Virus record (IMG/VR): IMGVR_UViG_3300049988_000124
Coordinates: 32,001-96,000 of that record
DNA from: a virus
Lineage: Duplodnaviria > Caudoviricetes
Length of the DNA: 64,000 nucleotides
Direction: 5' to 3' (one strand)
The position numbers and the translations under genes were made by a program. Position 1 is the first letter of the stretch, and each line of letters opens with the position of its first letter. The notes under the pieces are model-generated. The model was given only the letters and a program-made list of their open reading frames with translations, had not been told where the DNA came from and did not search any database. Positions 61,927 to 64,000 of the stretch are shown piece after piece.

Positions 61927-62211
61927 CTACGAGAGAGGCTTCCGATCAGGGATGTCGTCACTAACGTCGTTGCCATTGTACTTCTCCGGTAGAGGGTTCT
62001 TCTCGATGGCAATCGCCATCGCACGAGCGAGACCGAGTTTCGATTGCTGGTCAGACAGTTCCTCGATATTCTCAGGCGTCAGCCCACCGAAACCACCCCA
62101 CAGAGCAGTGTAGTCGAGGAAATCTATCGCACGCTTGAACATCAGCTCGAAATGCTCATCTCCTTCACTGAACTCACGGGCATCGCCCCGGTAGTTACTG
62201 GTGGTACCCAT
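61927..62211 (-). CDS. Hypothetical protein
   Basis: 94 aa, coupled to the upstream gene stop. Confidence 0.55.
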   Translation of the reverse strand: MGTTSNYRGDAREFSEGDEHFELMFKRAIDFLDYTALWGGFGGLTPENIEELSDQQSKLGLARAMAIAIEKNPLPEKYNGNDVSDDIPDRKPLS

Positions 62212-62678
62212 CAGGTTGGACCTTTCTCGTCGAACTGCAAAGGTACCGTGGTTCCCTTGGGGAAGTAGAGACTCTTGACGCGGTACTCCATGTTCGGTAG
62301 GACGTACTCTACCTCCACGATCTCCTTATCCTTCACCATCTGGTTAAGGATGTTGACCGGGTCACTGGTATCATCGTTCAACCCGTTCTCGAACAAGGTG
62401 GTGATGATCTCGGTGACGAGTTCAGTTCCCTTGATGGCGGGTTTGTTGTTGACGAGGTAGGTGATCACGTCCTGCGTGGTCGCCAGGGCCAGCGAGTATA
62501 GCGTACCCTGATCTCCAGTCTGCCTACGCTTGACCTTTCCTTCTTGAACGAGTTCCAGGAGCGGAGAGGCGAGGTGCTCACCTCCTCTCAGGATCAGCTC
62601 AGCGTACCTGATTTCTCCTGAGTGTTTGAGGATGGTGAGGATCTTGTCCTTTTCCAAATCCTCAGGCGTCTTACCCAT
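62211..62678 (-). CDS. Hypothetical protein with wHTH-like segments
   Basis: Start reassigned to MGKTPE near 62678 (GGAG RBS). ILTILKHSGEI...LLELVQEGKVKR resembles a wHTH. Confidence 0.55.
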   Translation of the reverse strand: MGKTPEDLEKDKILTILKHSGEIRYAELILRGGEHLASPLLELVQEGKVKRRQTGDQGTLYSLALATTQDVITYLVNNKPAIKGTELVTEIITTLFENGLNDDTSDPVNILNQMVKDKEIVEVEYVLPNMEYRVKSLYFPKGTTVPLQFDEKGPT

Positions 62679-62901
62679 CGAGTTTCTCCGTGGCGATGAT
62701 GGACACCGACAACGTCCGAAAGGTAGTTGCCAGCATCTTGCATTGCTCTGCGCTGAGTACAGCACCGGTTAGGGTACCAGCACTGAACATGCGTGAGAGC
62801 TCAAAGAATTCATCAGGGGTGGGAAGGAGGTCGACATCAAGCCGACCCTGCCTTTCCTCCATATCTCGAATGATAGCACCAATGTTCATGCCCATGATCA
62901 C
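62671..62901 (-). CDS. Hypothetical protein
   Basis: 76 aa with AAAGGA RBS. Confidence 0.55.
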   Translation of the reverse strand: MIMGMNIGAIIRDMEERQGRLDVDLLPTPDEFFELSRMFSAGTLTGAVLSAEQCKMLATTFRTLSVSIIATEKLDG

Positions 62902-62917
62902 GAATCCTTTCGTTGGC

Positions 62918-63949
62918 TTAGAGTTTATTCACATACCGCTGCATGTGGTCAGACGAGCAAAAGTTAATGCCGTGACTCACCATCTTGGATGACAAGAAAC
63001 GACCGCAACACTTGCAGTGTGAGGGTTTGAACTTCTGCTCTTTCACCGCGTGGGTGAGGAGCGGCATGGATTCCTGCGTTGAGTCTCCGTCGGTCTCTGC
63101 TGCTTGTACGATCAGCCAGTAAATAAACAAGCTAATCGGAAGCTCAGCGAAGTCCTTCCGGGTCATCTTCTGCTCAGCGCAGTAAGCGATGAACTCCTCC
63201 AACAGATCAGAGGCATTCAGGAACTTGTTAAAGCCCCTGGTTGCTTCTGTCCGGTAGAGTTGTCGTCCGTCCTTCTCGTCGATCTCGATGTGATCGTCGG
63301 GAAAGAGGTTGATCTTCACCCCATTGGGTAGGGTAAAGGTAGCGTGCGCGTTAGCGGTTGCAGGAATATGGATGTCACTGAAGTGACAAAAAGCCAGTGC
63401 CTCGTACAAAGAGAGCTTGTCAGAGGTGACGTCAATCACCTTCTCCCTGGCGTTGATGAACTTCTCGACGGTCATGTTGCCGTCGTGGTCGGTCTGCAGA
63501 TACGTCCCATCGGGAAGTTTCAAGGTTGCCCCTGGTCCCAAGATGTGATCAGCATCAGAGAAGTCAATCGTGCCGTAGTGGCTGACCGGTACTGGCCGCA
63601 GCTTCTCCGAGCCCTCTTGGTGACGATGTTCCACCACGGGCTTACCGTCGCGAATCTTCAGTCGTGACCCATCGGGAAGCTCGACACCGGCACCTTCCAG
63701 AATACGGCGAAGCGTGGAATGACCAGTCCCATCGCTGTGGTGCTTTATGTTGTCCTGAACGTCGCTCAAGTATTGGTTGATCAACACCACACTTTGCTGA
63801 AAAGTATTTGTTGTTGCGTTGGTGACCTTGTGAGCGTTGTTATGTATTTGGTTGACGTAGACCGTCGGACAAACAGTAGAATTGCCTGTACTGACGTGGC
63901 TGTTGGTTACCCACACCGAAGGAAGAGTATGCTTTGACTTGGTTGGCAT
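62918..63949 (-). CDS. Hypothetical protein with three LP(D/N)G beta-hairpin motifs and a C-terminal zinc finger
   Basis: ELPDGSRL, KLPDGTYL and TLPNGVKI; C-terminal CKCCG...FCSSDH. Confidence 0.65.
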   Translation of the reverse strand: MPTKSKHTLPSVWVTNSHVSTGNSTVCPTVYVNQIHNNAHKVTNATTNTFQQSVVLINQYLSDVQDNIKHHSDGTGHSTLRRILEGAGVELPDGSRLKIRDGKPVVEHRHQEGSEKLRPVPVSHYGTIDFSDADHILGPGATLKLPDGTYLQTDHDGNMTVEKFINAREKVIDVTSDKLSLYEALAFCHFSDIHIPATANAHATFTLPNGVKINLFPDDHIEIDEKDGRQLYRTEATRGFNKFLNASDLLEEFIAYCAEQKMTRKDFAELPISLFIYWLIVQAAETDGDSTQESMPLLTHAVKEQKFKPSHCKCCGRFLSSKMVSHGINFCSSDHMQRYVNKL

Positions 63950-63975
63950 GATACGCCTTCCGATAAGACGATTAG

Positions 63976-64000
63976 ATACAGGGGCTTGCGACCCCTGTAT
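63976..64000. terminator. Hairpin at the window end
   Basis: ATACAGGGG-CTTGCGA-CCCCTGTAT. Confidence 0.5.

Noticed and set aside
1-64000. tRNA genes, stop-codon reassignment, chimallin gene
   Set aside because: No tRNA cloverleaf or T-loop signature was recognised by eye (tRNAscan would be decisive). Genes end normally at all three stop codons with dense tiling. No chimallin-like ORF was recognised here, though it may lie outside the window.

Overview
This window looks like part of a phiKZ-like (Chimalliviridae-type) jumbo myophage genome. The evidence is a 746-aa major capsid protein candidate, the exonuclease/motif-A half of a split family-B DNA polymerase, RuvC, SbcC, a PhuZ tubulin, an inner-head-type protein with S/A/G-x-E cleavage motifs, and at least seven intergenic copies of the phiKZ early-promoter motif TATATTAC. 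Host-derived genes point to an alphaproteobacterial host, probably Sphingomonadaceae: a zinc-less MucR/Ros, a CtrA-like DNA-binding domain, a Tat-signal SleB hydrolase and an L,D-transpeptidase. Layout: head/replication genes (0-14 kb); early accessory genes and phuZ (14-21 kb); a nucleotide-metabolism cluster of phoH, folA, thyA, def and DUF3310-like genes (21.5-26 kb); a modular tail-fibre locus (26.5-37.4 kb); and a long minus-strand early region of small ORFs (37.4-64 kb). Best candidates for new biology: (1) an early-promoter-driven mucR / ParB-like / CtrA-DBD cluster that could reprogram the host cell cycle or silencing network; (2) a DarG-like Macro domain fused to a SLOG domain, a candidate anti-defence protein; (3) fibre-accessory proteins sharing an N-terminal 'M(L/F)(P/A)GMT' leader; (4) a structured ~550-bp intergenic region, possibly an ncRNA; (5) secreted peptidoglycan-remodelling enzymes; (6) a stand-alone GatB-tail-like domain. 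All family assignments are by motif recognition from the sequence; no database searches were run. No tRNA, rRNA, CRISPR array, intron or transposase was recognised.
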